Below, one piece after another: positions 28,135 through 40,772 of a stretch of 64,000 nucleotides of DNA. Numbering within the stretch: the first letter of the stretch is position 1; every line of letters starts with the position of its first letter. Source of the stretch: Dimorphilus gyrociliatus (Eukaryota; Animalia; Annelida); contig CAJFCJ010000007.1 in NCBI GenBank assembly GCA_904063045.1, positions 2,487,404-2,551,403 of the forward strand, given 5' to 3'. The notes beneath the pieces are model-generated. The model worked only from the letters and a program-made list of their open reading frames with translations. It was not told the DNA's origin and did not search any database. Both the position numbers and the translations under genes were made by a program.

Positions 28135-28800
28135 TAGTAGACAGAAGGTGCATTAAAGTCATAAGGGAAAATTATATTATTTTAATCGATTCTTGTTCCT
28201 TCCCAGTTGTTTGTTTCTTACTCTAAGCAAATTGTTTGCCAAACAATGTATAATATGTACGACGACGTCTGATTGAAACGTCACGACGAAATGCAATTAA
28301 TGCCTAAATATCTAAATGTTGTCGAATAGACGTTCTCTGCTAAGTGCTGTAAGTATATTTCTGCAACGAAAACTGCAATTTGCCTGTCGGCCAAATTCCG
28401 TCGTTCGCTTTGTTTACAGTAGAAAATTGACGAATTAGATCGAATATAGCGTTTCTTTTTTTTCACGATGACGTATTTAAATATTCATAGTGTCGTCAAT
28501 AAACGTTCTTCAATTGGTACACAAATAATATTGTAAAGCGTCTATTTAACGTTACATAATCTTAACCTTTACCATGACAGACTATTCGAATGATGTCTCC
28601 GCCAGTAAAACGCTATTATCTTTCCGCCTCTCTTCCACCTCATACATCAACGTCGAAAAGAACGACACGCAAACGTGATTATTACACACAAAGTTTGCTG
28701 CCGTTCAAAGAAAAACAGACATTATATTCTTTTCAAACGTACCTGAAATAATTGAAGAATATATGAAATAGAACGTCGAATAAATAGTCGTCGACCGCAT
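26169..28800 (-). CDS. Type I membrane protein: SUEL/rhamnose-binding-lectin domain + CUB-like domain + small Cys module + TM + Tyr-containing tail
   Basis: Exon 27848-27980 (ETVCQ...ALWGRMKKGHC) and the next exon (NCSSNIIDYLDKKCSGKKRCSFLV...DPC...YLEVEYVC) form a SUEL fold. Then come CSSQIQAKEGQRIRVKIY (CUB-like), a TM exon near 26505-26580 and the tail at 26169. The first exon 28743-28800 (MRSTTIYSTFYFIYSSIIS) is inferred from phase match. Confidence 0.75.
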
Positions 28801-29852
28801 TCTGCACAGCAAATGAAAGATATAAAAGAAGAGCGAAGAGCGCGCCGCAGCGGCGTCTATGGGGCATTATTCGTCTGCTTCCTCATTTTGTTCTTGACAC
28901 TTTGATAATGCGGTAGGATGGCCTCAGCCTCGCTTTGATTACGTTATACAATTGACCCACTTAGCACTCCTTAATTGGGCGTTTCAAACCATCGCAATTA
29001 GAAGTCTCTCTTCTTCCCCATACTCACTTCCTCAATTCTTCCCTCAACCTTTTCCTTCTTCTCTTTGCTCTATTGGGTTAGACTACTTGAAGAATTTATT
29101 CCCCGATTAATTACCAATTTGTTTTATAATAGTTTCTCTTTCTCATCTGCTTTTCTTTCCTTTCTTTAGTCATTCCCCATTGTACTGAAAAAAAAGACTT
29201 GTTTGCCGCTTTTTTTTACGGTAGACATTGTAATAAACGCTCGTTAATTACGGGCGAAAAAGCCGGCTACGACAACTACGTGACCGCCGAACTTGTAGAC
29301 GTAGCTTTGTTGTTTTTTTTTTCCTATTTGAAATATACAGCATTTAGTATGCCTTTCTTGAGTGATAGTCCCTCTTTTTAGGACAGAGAGAGAAAGAGAG
29401 TGAGAGAGGGGGCGAGGGGGAGAGTGAGATAGTTCGAGAAAAAAAAAAAGATAAATAAATACAGAAAAAAAACGTTCCTTAATATCGAGTTTTTTTAGTA
29501 ATAATACTTCGGCATTTAAAACTCATTTTTTATGTCAAAAAACGTCCTCTTTCCGGTGAAAGAAACATTATTGAAAGGTGAACATAAAGCGTCAACTTTC
29601 CCTCTTTTGTTCTACTAACGATTCACTGTTGTACTGCACGATTCTCTGTTAAATACGCCTACCGTATGGAAGAAGTAAAGAAACAGAGGAAAGTAACATA
29701 AGTACATGGAAAATACAAAAGAAGAAATAAACAGATATATGTAGTAACATGAAAAGTAATGCAAACATACTGTATATTCACGTGAAGGGTTGAAAAAGAA
29801 AGGTAATCGAGAACGAGGAAAAGAGAGCAAACGACAAAGTGAAGCAATAGAT

Positions 29853-29858
<6 letters not shown>

Positions 29859-29906
<48 letters not shown>
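29859..29906. repeat. (AG)n microsatellite
   Basis: About 24 AG units upstream of the death-domain gene. Confidence 0.95.
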
Positions 29907-29909
<3 letters not shown>

Positions 29910-30201
29910 GGGGGGAGAAACAAAAAGAAAGAGGCCGTTGAGGCATTAGAACGGGTATAATAAAAATTATTCAAGCTGTGGCCTGCTATAATGGACTAAG
30001 CATATTGAATTTTTTGTATAATCACGTGACTAAATACTAAATATAAATATTCGAACATATATTCGAAATTTAAGCAAAAGAGAGGAGAGGAGACAAAGAC
30101 TGAGGCGGTAAAGTAAACAAGTTACTCTATATTGAATAATAAAATAAAGAATAAAAGATATTAATAGTACTAATAATTGAATCGATTTCATCGAACTAAA
30201 C

Positions 30202-31140
30202 ATGTCGAATGAAGGGGTTATTAATAAGGCTGATGGGGAGCAGAAAACGAGTAGCCATAGGACGGAAGGGAAAAATTCGAATGATGATGATTTTATGGAC
30301 AAGTTCAATCAGGAAATGTCATCTAGAATGGAGGATATTGCCGGTAATTTACGACAGTCTTTCGAGTCTCAACTGGACAATCTTCAGTCAAAATTGGCTG
30401 AGCGTTCTCAAGGAGATATGGGTGTGAGACAGACGACAGTCTTAAAAGTAAATAAAATCTTTCGAGAAGTCGGTCAAGAGCTCGATTCCGATTGGGAAAA
30501 AGTGTTTGAATATTTGATGCAACCATTCGGACAAAAGGTGTACGATGAGGCTGTCTTCAGATTAAGGAGAACATCGGAGGTGACTAGACCGTATAAAGCG
30601 CTGATCGAATGGAAAGAAGCGGCCGGAAAGGATCATTTCCATATCGTTAACTTATCGAACGCCTTAAAATCCTGCCGACCGGAATTGGCCGTTCTGGTAG
30701 ATAACATTCTAAATTGCGGTTTGTTACTGTCTTTTCTATTCTTCTTTCCTGTCTCATACAAATATAACTAATTCCAAACAGACGATAATGAGGATTTGTT
30801 TAAACTTACCCGCTCGATATCGAAAAAGAAAACAATGGAAGGACGCCGAGAGCCTTCGAAACAATTGACGAATCAGATCGATAATCGAATAGTTTTGAAA
30901 TTATCGAAATTAATCGCAGCTGATTGGAGGAAGGTGGGTGAATGCCTCGGTTTAGATAATGAATTATTAGACGACTTATCGATTACGTCTTCGTCTCAAC
31001 CCGAACCACATCAAAAAGCGTTTCAAATGTTAACTGATTGGCGTCTAGAAAACGGTGAGAAAGCGACAAAGGACAAGCTCGTTACGTGCCTAAAGAAGGG
31101 TAATTTTTCTAAGTTGGCTAAGGAGTTAGATGGAATGTAG
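30202..31140 (+). CDS. Coiled-coil + tandem death-domain protein
   Basis: Exons 30202-30718 and 30782-31140 are in frame. DD1 is ELDSDWEKVFEYL...YKALIEWKE...LSNALKSC; DD2 is IAADWRKVGECLGL...KAFQMLTDWR...ATKDKLVTCLKK. Confidence 0.82.
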
Positions 31141-31535
31141 ATGGCTTCCCGGTGTTTTCCCTTTCTTTTTAATCTGCTCTTTTTAAAATTAACGTTCAAT
31201 AAAGTACCATTTGCATATAATTTCAAGAGACTAGTTTTTTTTTCTCCCTGTATTAAGGCATCGAATCGGACAGCTGCTGTCAGTAAATAATAGTGAGATC
31301 GTCTTTTCTTTACACCTTCTCTTCAAACTCTTTCCGTCAGAATAACCTTCTCTTTCCTTTCCCTTCTCTTATTTCATCAGTTCTATTAACGAAACATTTT
31401 AGACATACACTGGACTCTCAATATTGTACTTGTAATAGGCTTATTTATGCAGTCGATTGTTGCTACGAACGACGCCAGAGCTATACCGTCTGCTATTGAC
31501 GTTTGTGCAGTATACGCGCTTCAATCCTCTCGAGG

Positions 31536-32846
31536 ATGCCTTTAACAAAGAAGAAAAAAAAGTAAGATATTTACTAAAAATAACCAATGACCCATTCCGT
31601 TTGTTTCACCTTAAAACATAATATTAAGAAGCGACGATAATACGTTATTCTAAACTTGTTTAAATATTAATCGAATAGAAAATCGTCAACGAAAATCGGC
31701 CCCGATGGTGAAAAGATAAAGAAACTAACAAAAGCCGAAAAAGAAGAGGTAGGCCTTTTAAATATTTACTTAATAAATGAAATATGGAAATTCCCTTTTC
31801 GTAAAAGTTATACGTAAAAATATTTTGATATAATTTTAATCCTTCCGCCTGTCATTCTATCCTCTCTTCCCTTCCATCCCCCTCTCTCGTATTATTTTTA
31901 CATATGTGTAACTAAACATGTTTTATTACAAGTATTCATTACTTATAGAAGGGAAATAAAGGAAAACAAACAAGTAAACATGCAAAACAAACGAAACTAT
32001 ACAAATTTTGATTCTAGTGTACACATAGCGCATTATACTTGTTGCTTTTCTTCTTTTCTTTTTTACAATTAATAAATCATTAATTAAGCGCTTTTCGTTT
32101 TTATCTGTTAACAGATCAAATTACGTTCGGAAGCTGACAAACTACGTAGATCTGGCGAAGAATATCGTAACTTGTTGAGTAGGTTAGAAAAATGGATTGA
32201 GAAGGAGAAGGAGAGCATCTTCCAATGTCTAAGAAATATTGATACTGAAGAATGTGGAATGGTTTCCAGTCAGGAATTTAAATCAGCAATGTTTGATTTA
32301 AATTGCCCAGCGAATAAGGTGGAAACTCATCTTTTCGCTATGTTATTAGACGAAGATTGCTCGGGTAATTTAAAATATAATCAATTGGAGAACGGTTTGA
32401 GTTTTTGTAGAAATTTGGAAGAGTTTTTTCCCGAGGATGTTGTTAGGCCTAGTTTAGTTCTATCTAAAAAGAAATCGACTAGGTGGGACGGTGACTGGCT
32501 TAAAAGAGACTATGTTCGATACGCCAGGGTTCATTTTAAGCATGCTACATTCTCAGAAAAACGAGATCATCATACTCATTTTATTCAGTTGGTACATAGT
32601 CACGCAACTGTTTCCTACCTGCTTCAACTAGTTAAAGAAAGAATTGCTTTGGAGAGCAATAGATTAGCCCTATTTACGGACGACTCCCTAACGATCGAAG
32701 CTCAACTTCCTCCAGCAAGTACATTGGAAGAATGCGGAATTTCAGGAGGTAGTTACGATAAACCTCAGGATGTTCTTCTATATTATGACTATGTTGTAGA
32801 ATTTACTGGTTGCCCTATATTAAATTCAGATCATTATTTCGCCTAA
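31536..32846 (+). CDS. Uncharacterised EF-hand protein with a possible C-terminal ubiquitin-like fold
   Basis: Exons 31536-31561, 31679-31748 and 32115-32846 are in frame (MPLTKKKKKKSSTK...). EF loops are DTEECGMVSSQE and the degenerate DEDCSGNLKYNQ. The C-terminal ATVSYLLQLVKERI...TLEECGISGG...LLYYDY pattern suggests a beta-grasp fold (inference). Confidence 0.75.
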
Positions 32847-33611
32847 TAAAATCATAAAAAAGCATAGATATATAGATAAAAAAAAGAGGTCAAATTGTTA
32901 TTTACGATTTTAATTTGGCATTGTCATCCGATCGGTCAACCATACGCTTCGAAATGATGGTACAACAAAGTTTCTTTCATCTCCTTTTTGCTTTTCTCCT
33001 AATTTATTTTGTTAAACCGTGCCAAGCTAACTTTATTAACGAAAGCGTTGCTCTTACAGGTATTATTAATTATTTATAGTTTATTTCCACAGAAAAGCGA
33101 GTATAATGTAATTGTTTGTAATTTTTCTTTTATCCAGCTGTCTTTGGTTCTTTGGGCGGTGCCGTTTCCATAAGTGCAATTATCTATGCAGTGTACATGG
33201 TTAAATTCCAAAAGGACAAGCTTGGAAATAGACGTTGAAGAAACTTTTTCTCGGTTTTAACATTCTTTTATTTCTATATACATAGAAAAACAAACATCTA
33301 CCGACTAAAATGATTCTGAATACATCTGCATAGTATAACAATAAAATGTGTTAATTATAATTAGAACCATTTCTCTTTAACTAAATTAGTTTACAATATA
33401 CATTACGCGAGTAACAAAAAAAGACTCTTCAAAGATATTTTAAAATATGATATGTTTCTTTTTAGCATAATATCACCCGCGGGTTGGTCGACAAAAATCA
33501 AATGAAAAAAAAATCTTTGTTGTTTTAAATTGACAATATACAAAAAGATATGTTGAGAAAAAGTGCAAAAAAAATGTTGAAAAAAGAAATTATTATTATT
33601 AATTGTTATTA

Positions 33612-36600
33612 CTAATAATTTAAGCCGTTACGTTCAAGCTGATATTGCATTCGTGATGTTTTAACTCTTTCTGGCGGTGTATTTTCTCCAATTTCGGAGG
33701 CAAACATTTTCATTTTATCTCTAAATGATAAGCGTTCAGGACCCCCTGTCCCCGGTGTTACTCTACGAGGTTTGTTTGCCATTAATCTATCCCGAGGATC
33801 TCGATAAATTTCTTGAGTTCCGACAACGCCTGGAGTTGATGGGGACACTACGAAATTCTTTTCCCGACTCTCCTCGGGTCGTTTCGGAGATAAATTTCCA
33901 GGATAGGCATTGTTACCACCCATCGAAGCAGCAAATATCCCATCGACGGCTGAAGAAAATGGTGCTTTCGTATCACCTTCAGTGGATGTGCTGGCAAATC
34001 GTTTAGATGATTCCGCAATTTCCGTTGTCAAATTAGAATTGAACGACACGCTCTTTTTGCCCCCCGATTCCGGAAGTTGGCGCAAAGTAGATACACTAGA
34101 CGAACGGTTTGATAGCGGAGGTTCATATGGTGCAACATGGCCCATTGATGATGAACTAGGTATTCTCTGGTTAGAGATTTCGTAAGAACTATGTCTTTGT
34201 GGTGGCATTGGTAAATTACTATAGGTTGAGCTTGGACGTTCCGGTGGTCTTTCATGTTCCATGGGCTGACGCGATCTATAATCGTAGTGAGCACCTTCAG
34301 ATGCTAGGTTTTGCTGTTTTTGATAGTAATCGGCCCTCTCTCTGTCTCTTTTTTCAAAACGCATCTGCTCTTGCTGTCTTTTTCTCTCTAAATCTTCTTC
34401 AAATGATTCTAACCTGCGCCTTGATCTTTCATAACTTTCTTCTTCAAGCCTTGCCCTTTCTAATTCATCTTGTTGTCGGTCCCTAGAGAAACGAGCAGTT
34501 TTTCCTTCAACCTGTTCGTTCAGCATGCGAACAATTGCAGCTCGACCAGCGGCAGTTTCCCTCATGTCAATATCGCTATCGGGTTCCGATCGATTAAATT
34601 TTTCGTCGGAAACCCTTCTGTCGAATTCTTTCAAAATTCGCTGCTTTTCATTATCGGGTATTTTAGGTTTGGAGGCCGTTGGTGGCGGACGAGGTTTCGT
34701 CTGCGGTGGACCTGGTTGTGAGTATCGACTAACCGGAATATTTTGATAATTTTCCTCCACTTTCTTAGGTATATCGTTCCTTTGCCGCTCATGAATCATC
34801 AAATGTTCAAATTCTTGTGGGGGTGGTGGCGGGGGTGGAAGCTCTTCATCAGGTGACGGAGGTCTGACTTCATTCGGTGGAGGAGGAAAATTTTCGGGTG
34901 ACCATCGATTATACGCATTATTTGGTTGATTGTTTCTCACTTTATTCACTGTTGAATACAAAGGCTGTTGAGAGTCTTCATTGTGAGGCTTATAAATATC
35001 TCTTGTATGCAAATCAGCTTGATTTACAGTTGGCTTAGTTCTGTCTTTCTGTTCTCTTTGTTCGTATGGAGGTACTTGTTTGTAAAGCGGTTCATTTTGG
35101 GGATCGTATTGCTTATAAAAATGAGGTTGTTGCTTTCTAGGATCATTCTGAACCTTTGGTATATCTTGCTCACGAGATTGTGGCGTATGAGCTAGATTAT
35201 TTAAACTCCTTGTTGCCGGCATCTTATACATCATTGCACCTTCTAAATGCAATTGACGTTCATGAGATTTTTGTTGTGGTGATACATCGGCTGGAGCAGG
35301 TTCGTACGTGATCCGTTGCTGTTGCTGATTATCTACTTCATACGGGTAAGAGGTTCGATTTGGCTCATTTTGTCTAAAATCCCCGTATTGTTTAGCAGTG
35401 GGAGATAAAGTTGTATCTTGCGGATGTCTCGTTTCCGACGGTGATTTCATGTCACTTAATTGATTGAGGCGAGATGGGGCATTAGCTGAAATATCTATTG
35501 ACCTCGGCGGTAAAGCTTGTTGAGATCTTGGAACAGATTGTGGTTGTTTTTGCTGTGCGCCGTGGTCATAAAAATGAGGCTGCTGGGTTCTCTTATATTC
35601 AATTGGGACGTCGTCTGGATATTGTTGTCTTTCATACTGCTCGTTTCTCTTCTGCCATTCAGCAACTCTCGTGTCGGGTGAAGGGACATGCCGAATTGGG
35701 ATTTCTGCTTCGTTACTCTTGTGTATTTGGTTGCGCATATTAGTTGGCGTGTCAAACCGCAACTGAGCCGGTTCAGATTGATCGAGTTGAGAAGTTGATT
35801 TAGATCTCGTTGCCGCCCTTGAAAAACGATCTGGAGAAGCGGCTGGATGTATCGATGTTTGCGGCAATGTTGATACACTATGAGCTTGGTGTTGATCTTG
35901 AATCCGTTGGTGGATTACATAGTCAGAATGTGATTGCTTTGGAGGTGCCGGTCTCTGCATAATGGGAGACGGCTGACTTAATAAAGTTGCGAGGCCGTGA
36001 TAAGCTGCAGCCTGTTTAGCAACTTTTAATTGAACTGTTGCTCCAGTCTTAGTCATTAATTGAGCAGCCTTCTCCTGCATCAATCCTACTAAACTTTGTC
36101 CATCAACTTCGAGTAGTTGATCACCGGCTCTCAAACGACCATCTCTGAAAGCAGCTCCATTGTCAACAACTGATTTTATGTAGATTCCTCTTGTTGGTTG
36201 GTTCTCACCCTTAAATAAAATAAAAGTCAGTCGTATAATCTCAGACAGATTTTCGTGCAATGTCGCACAAGAGAATAAAAATGTTAAACAACCGGTTGTA
36301 TGTGCCGTATCGACTTTCGGATCGATTGCTACTTTCGGATGTGCGTGCTACGTGTTTGTTATTCTAGGTATTAGACTTTTATTAAAAATTATATGAAGCC
36401 TGTTTTGAACCAAAATGTCAGAGAAAAATTATCAGCGTTTAGAATGTAGTTTAACAGAGCAAAGTGTTAAACATTTCTGACTTTTATAGTTTTACGAGAT
36501 TTTTACGAGATTAATCATCAATGACTTTAATGCAATAAACTTCAAAATAAACTAAAAAAGCTATTCACCTGTGCTGCGACAATGCTTAATCCGAGGCTGT

Positions 36601-38675
36601 TGTTGATTTTATTAATCAGCATTATTTCTATTTCCGGACCATCATCATAGCTCTGATATTGAGAAACTTTTTGGTCATTGTCTGTTGGCAAGGACATATG
36701 CTGTTCTTGAGGTGAGTGCTGTATCACCTGTTGCTAATGGTAATAAAATAAGTTTTATTATATTAAAAGTTAGTAAACACTACCTGTGGTGTTACAGGCG
36801 AAGAATCGGATATCAAATTTAACGTCCATAAATCTGGATTAGGTGCGTGAACAGTAATTTTTGCAATACCTTCGTTGAGCAACGGCATTATCAAATCTCC
36901 TAAACCGTTTGGTACACCTCTGAGTAATTGGCAAGTGTAACCATCGTCAGGCAATAGAAAGGGAAGGTGCAGTTCGGTTTCTTCGTTAATTTGCAATTTT
37001 CGGCCTTCCTCCCTTATATGGACATCGGCTGTACTTTGAGCTATTCTAACAACATTTGTTATAAATTGTTGGGAGACGGGTGGCTCTCCTTGAGCGCAAG
37101 CATATTGAGTGAGGAGAGTTTGGATTTGTAAGGAATTCAGCTTAAAGCAGGCAGAACTTATCGCAGCAGTATCTTGAGGTCCATATTTCGGTGCAGATAG
37201 TAAATACGCACCTTGGGTTATACGTGCAAGATGGCATTCGGCGGCTAATTCCAAGCCTTGTTTCTCAGCCCACTTTTCTACCAAAGCCAAACGATGACGT
37301 AATCTTTCTCCCCATTCTCTAGCGCAAAATTTAGGTATACTAACCAATTTATTGAACAGAGAATGGTTAATGAAATGAAATAATTGTGAGAACAACTGAA
37401 TCGTTAGTGCAGCATTGACTCTACACCTTCGTAGTAGGGACATAGTGGATGTTAACAATTGAAGAACATGGGAAACCTGCGGCTTATCATTATCCATATT
37501 TTGAATATCATCTGACGAATCGAAGAAAGAAATCAAAGGTCCATCTAATTCCGATTCGATACATTCTACTAGTTGACGAAATGCTAATTGAACCGCATCT
37601 TCTATACTTCCTTGAGCTCTCGTTGCACAATTAGCTATGTCTCGATCGTGCTTTACGAAATGTAACAATTCCGAAGAATTTGCCATCCAAAATGCTAACG
37701 CTGGTGTATTATTTACGTTTGTCAATACTGCTCTATGCAAGAGTCCTGCTACTTTAAGTAAGAAATGCGACAATTGGTTAGTTTTCTCATTGTGATCCAA
37801 TTCAGGTCTGAATTCAGATGACAGTCGGTATCTGGCAGCCATATATAAAGTGTATGTTGGAGCTAATTTAAAATTTACTTCATTAGGTTGAACACTATTA
37901 ATCACTAATCTCAAAAGTTCATCTTCATACTGTTCTAAATAAGATATGGTAGCAGGTAGGTTAGTTTGGTTTAGAGAAGCGTATGGAACTGGACTGTTGG
38001 TACTTTCGACATTTAGTCTCCTAATAATTAAAAATAATATTAGCACGGTATTTAAAAAAAACAATTACCTCTTACTTGTTATTGGAGCCATCTGGTGTCA
38101 ATTGTTTAGAGTACGACTGATTAGTTTGATTTTCCGGTGACAACCTTTGGAACATGGGAGGAGGCTGAGCATCCGGAGAAAGTTGGTGATATGTTGGGGG
38201 CGGTCCGTTGTCTGCCGGATATTGTTTAGCAAACATTGGAGATAGGTGACTCTCTGGTGATAATGGCTTTTGACTGATATGACTTTGGCTCTCATTCATT
38301 GATACTTGAGGTTCTTTCATCTGCTGGTTAGCAATTTCTTCTATTTCCAAGGGGTTTATAAATCTGAAGAAGTTGTGCTTGCCAACTCTTAAAATTGCGT
38401 TATGTCTAAGCATTTCTGTTTTTCCAATTCGAACATTATCAATGCAAACATCAGCATTTGACAGTTGAGGAGTAACACTAGCAACTTGTTCTGAGTACAT
38501 AATAACACAATGAATTGGTAGTACGTCAGCACCATATAAACGTATATAATTTTCAACCGGTTGCTGAGGTTTTGACGATCCCATTTCAGTCATGCCTTCT
38601 TTCACCAAGAAATCGCGGCCTTTCTTCAATTCTCTGCCATCACTTTCGACTTCTCGTAAAAATGGTAGCAAAGGT

Positions 38676-38711
<36 letters not shown>

Positions 38712-40318
38712 ACAGCTCTTCGGACGCTTTTTGGAGGCATGTCTGGAGTGCGCCTGCGAATCTCAAAAAATATACTTTCAGGGGGATATTGACTGATTAT
38801 CAAGAGCGGGATTTCCGTGTCACCCATAATATGATTATATCTGCGCTGAGTGCTATGGTCATAAAGCTCTTGAATAAGCACGAAATTGTCAGGATCTTCT
38901 TTCTCAAGACCATATTTATTCAATGTCTCTCTTATCACATAAGCCACATCGTCTGCAGTTGATAATAAAAGAGTTTTGTACGGAACATCTCTGTTTAGCG
39001 TTCTGCCATAAATTTTTAAAGTTCCGCCTGTAACAAAATTACAACATAAGAAACAGTATTATTTTTTGCCACTAAGTATAATCTACTTATAGTATTTAGC
39101 TTTTTAAACGTGTTACAGAATTTTTAGCCGAAAAAAATTCAACAAACCACTATCATCTTGTGCTTGAATCTCTTCCAGCTTTCTTTGTAATTTTAACTCC
39201 CTTCTTTTTTTCATAACTGCTTCGGGATTTGAGATACTTCTTGTGAAGGAAGTTTCTGGTAATTCCTTATACAATTGTTTTGAAATGCTTGTATCAACTG
39301 GAGTTTCATTTTCTTTTCCTCTTAATTTAGCCTCTTTTTCTCTTTTCTTCTTTTCCTTTTTCTCTCTCTTTGATAATTTGCGTTTAAAACCGGATTCGGA
39401 CGGTACATTTTCATTTGCAGCATTCTGGGCATGAATTGGAACAGTTATTTGGTTTTCTGACTTGAGCAGAAAACGTCCTTCTCTGTCATCTTTACCCCAA
39501 TTCATTTGAATAATTAGTGGATATTCATTGTCTCTTAGTCGCCGCTCATCTGCAAGTCAAACAACATAATTAACTGTAAGTTTACCATGGCATTTTTAAA
39601 CGATCTTATATACTTTCTCACAGATTTAAAATCTTTATGTAATAAGCTATAGAAAATATATTAGTTAAACAGAGAGTTGTATAATTAAGCAATATCATAC
39701 CTCCATTAACGTGGACTTCATACACGGCATAGGAGGGTCGAGACAACATTCTCATGTCTGGTCTAAATTTGTCTATGAGTATATCGAGTATGTCCTTCGT
39801 TGTTGCGGTACTCGATACTCGAACACATTTCGTAGATACCCTCTGACCAGCATCTTGGTAATAGAATCTCATAACACCGTGAAATTCCAAATCCTGTTAA
39901 AATTGCAGGCCTATAGTTTGGTATGTAAACAATGTACTCAATCTTATGTTTGGAAAACCGCAAATTTACTTGCTTTTAATGTTTTAGAGAAAATTGCATA
40001 GTTATGGGGAATTTTATTTTCTGAGCTGACTAATTCAACTCTTTCTTATATGCAAGGTGTAAAAACTTTATAGAAGCCGCCATTTTGAAAATACCCGCTA
40101 AACATTTAAAACATAAACGCAATTTGAATTAAGTAAGCTAATCCAGAGAAAAACGACAGCCTTATATGGGGCTTATAGGTGTTTAAAGAATGATTCAGGT
40201 GTTAAACATTTACCTCGTCCGGTAGAGACAATTCGAATAGATCCAAACGGTTCGCGTTCCATTCTTCAATTTGTTCTATTAGTTGTCTTCGATCTTCTTT
40301 TTTGTCTTTAAGAGCCAT
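33612..40318 (-). CDS. AFDN: Afadin / AF-6 / canoe (RA-RA-FHA-DIL-PDZ-Pro-rich)
   Basis: Exon 1 (40214-40318) MALKDK...EWNANRLDLFELS; then DLEFHGVMRFY, RA2, FHA, Dilute (KLAPTYTLYMAARY, AECHLARITQ) and PDZ (SLGLSIVAA|...GIYIKSVVDNGAA). The terminal exon is 33612-36209. Confidence 0.96.
38675..38710 (-). repeat. Coding CAG/CAA polyglutamine tract (Q12) in afadin
   Basis: tgc/tgt run on the + strand; translates as QQQQQQQQQQQQ between RA2 and FHA. Confidence 0.9.
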
Positions 40319-40772
40319 CTGCGTAGAGATCAGATTCTCAAGTATCCGCCATAAAAATATCGCAGATGTGCGACAATAAGGAAACTGTCAGAGTATGAGT
40401 AATTTTACGAGAAGCAAACTGTGTCAAGAAGCAAAAACACTACCTGGGGCGCATGCGCGTAGGCGCTTTTACGTACACGGGGTCAGAGGTCACAGGTAAC
40501 AAAAAAATGTTTTATTTCATTTTCGTAAATTATATTTAATAAGATTTTTTTTAAATTGAATTATAAATATTTTTGTAAATACGAAAATAAACTGGTTTCC
40601 AGGGCTTCTGGGATAAGAAATTCCTGAGCGCGATTCTAAAAACTAAAAAGTTTGAAGGTAAAAAAGTCTTGAATTAAATGTTAATTTAAAACTAAATTGT
40701 CACAGTTAGTTTAGTTAACATTTTTTTTCGATGTTTACATAATTACGAATAAAGATTACTTTTATATAGGTT
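40319..40772. promoter_or_regulatory. Bidirectional promoter afadin/IFT88 with an NRF1-like palindrome
   Basis: Divergent genes; GCGCATGCGC at 40449-40458. A YY1-type GCCGCCATTTTG lies nearby at 40076-40087 in afadin intron 1. Confidence 0.6.

Noticed and set aside
31459-31470. RFX X-box candidates (GTTGCTACGAAC here; GTTGCCATAGATAT near 63321)
   Set aside because: Spacing or the second half-site deviates from consensus; too weak to call.
33725-35878. Many short ORFs overlapping the afadin terminal exon (similar shadows occur in the MRL, HMIT, OPLAH and NWD genes)
   Set aside because: Stop-poor antisense or alternate-frame shadows of long real exons, with no recognisable motifs.
38592-38792. 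Poly-Cys ORF resembling a metallothionein
   Set aside because: It is the antisense reading of the afadin polyQ tract.
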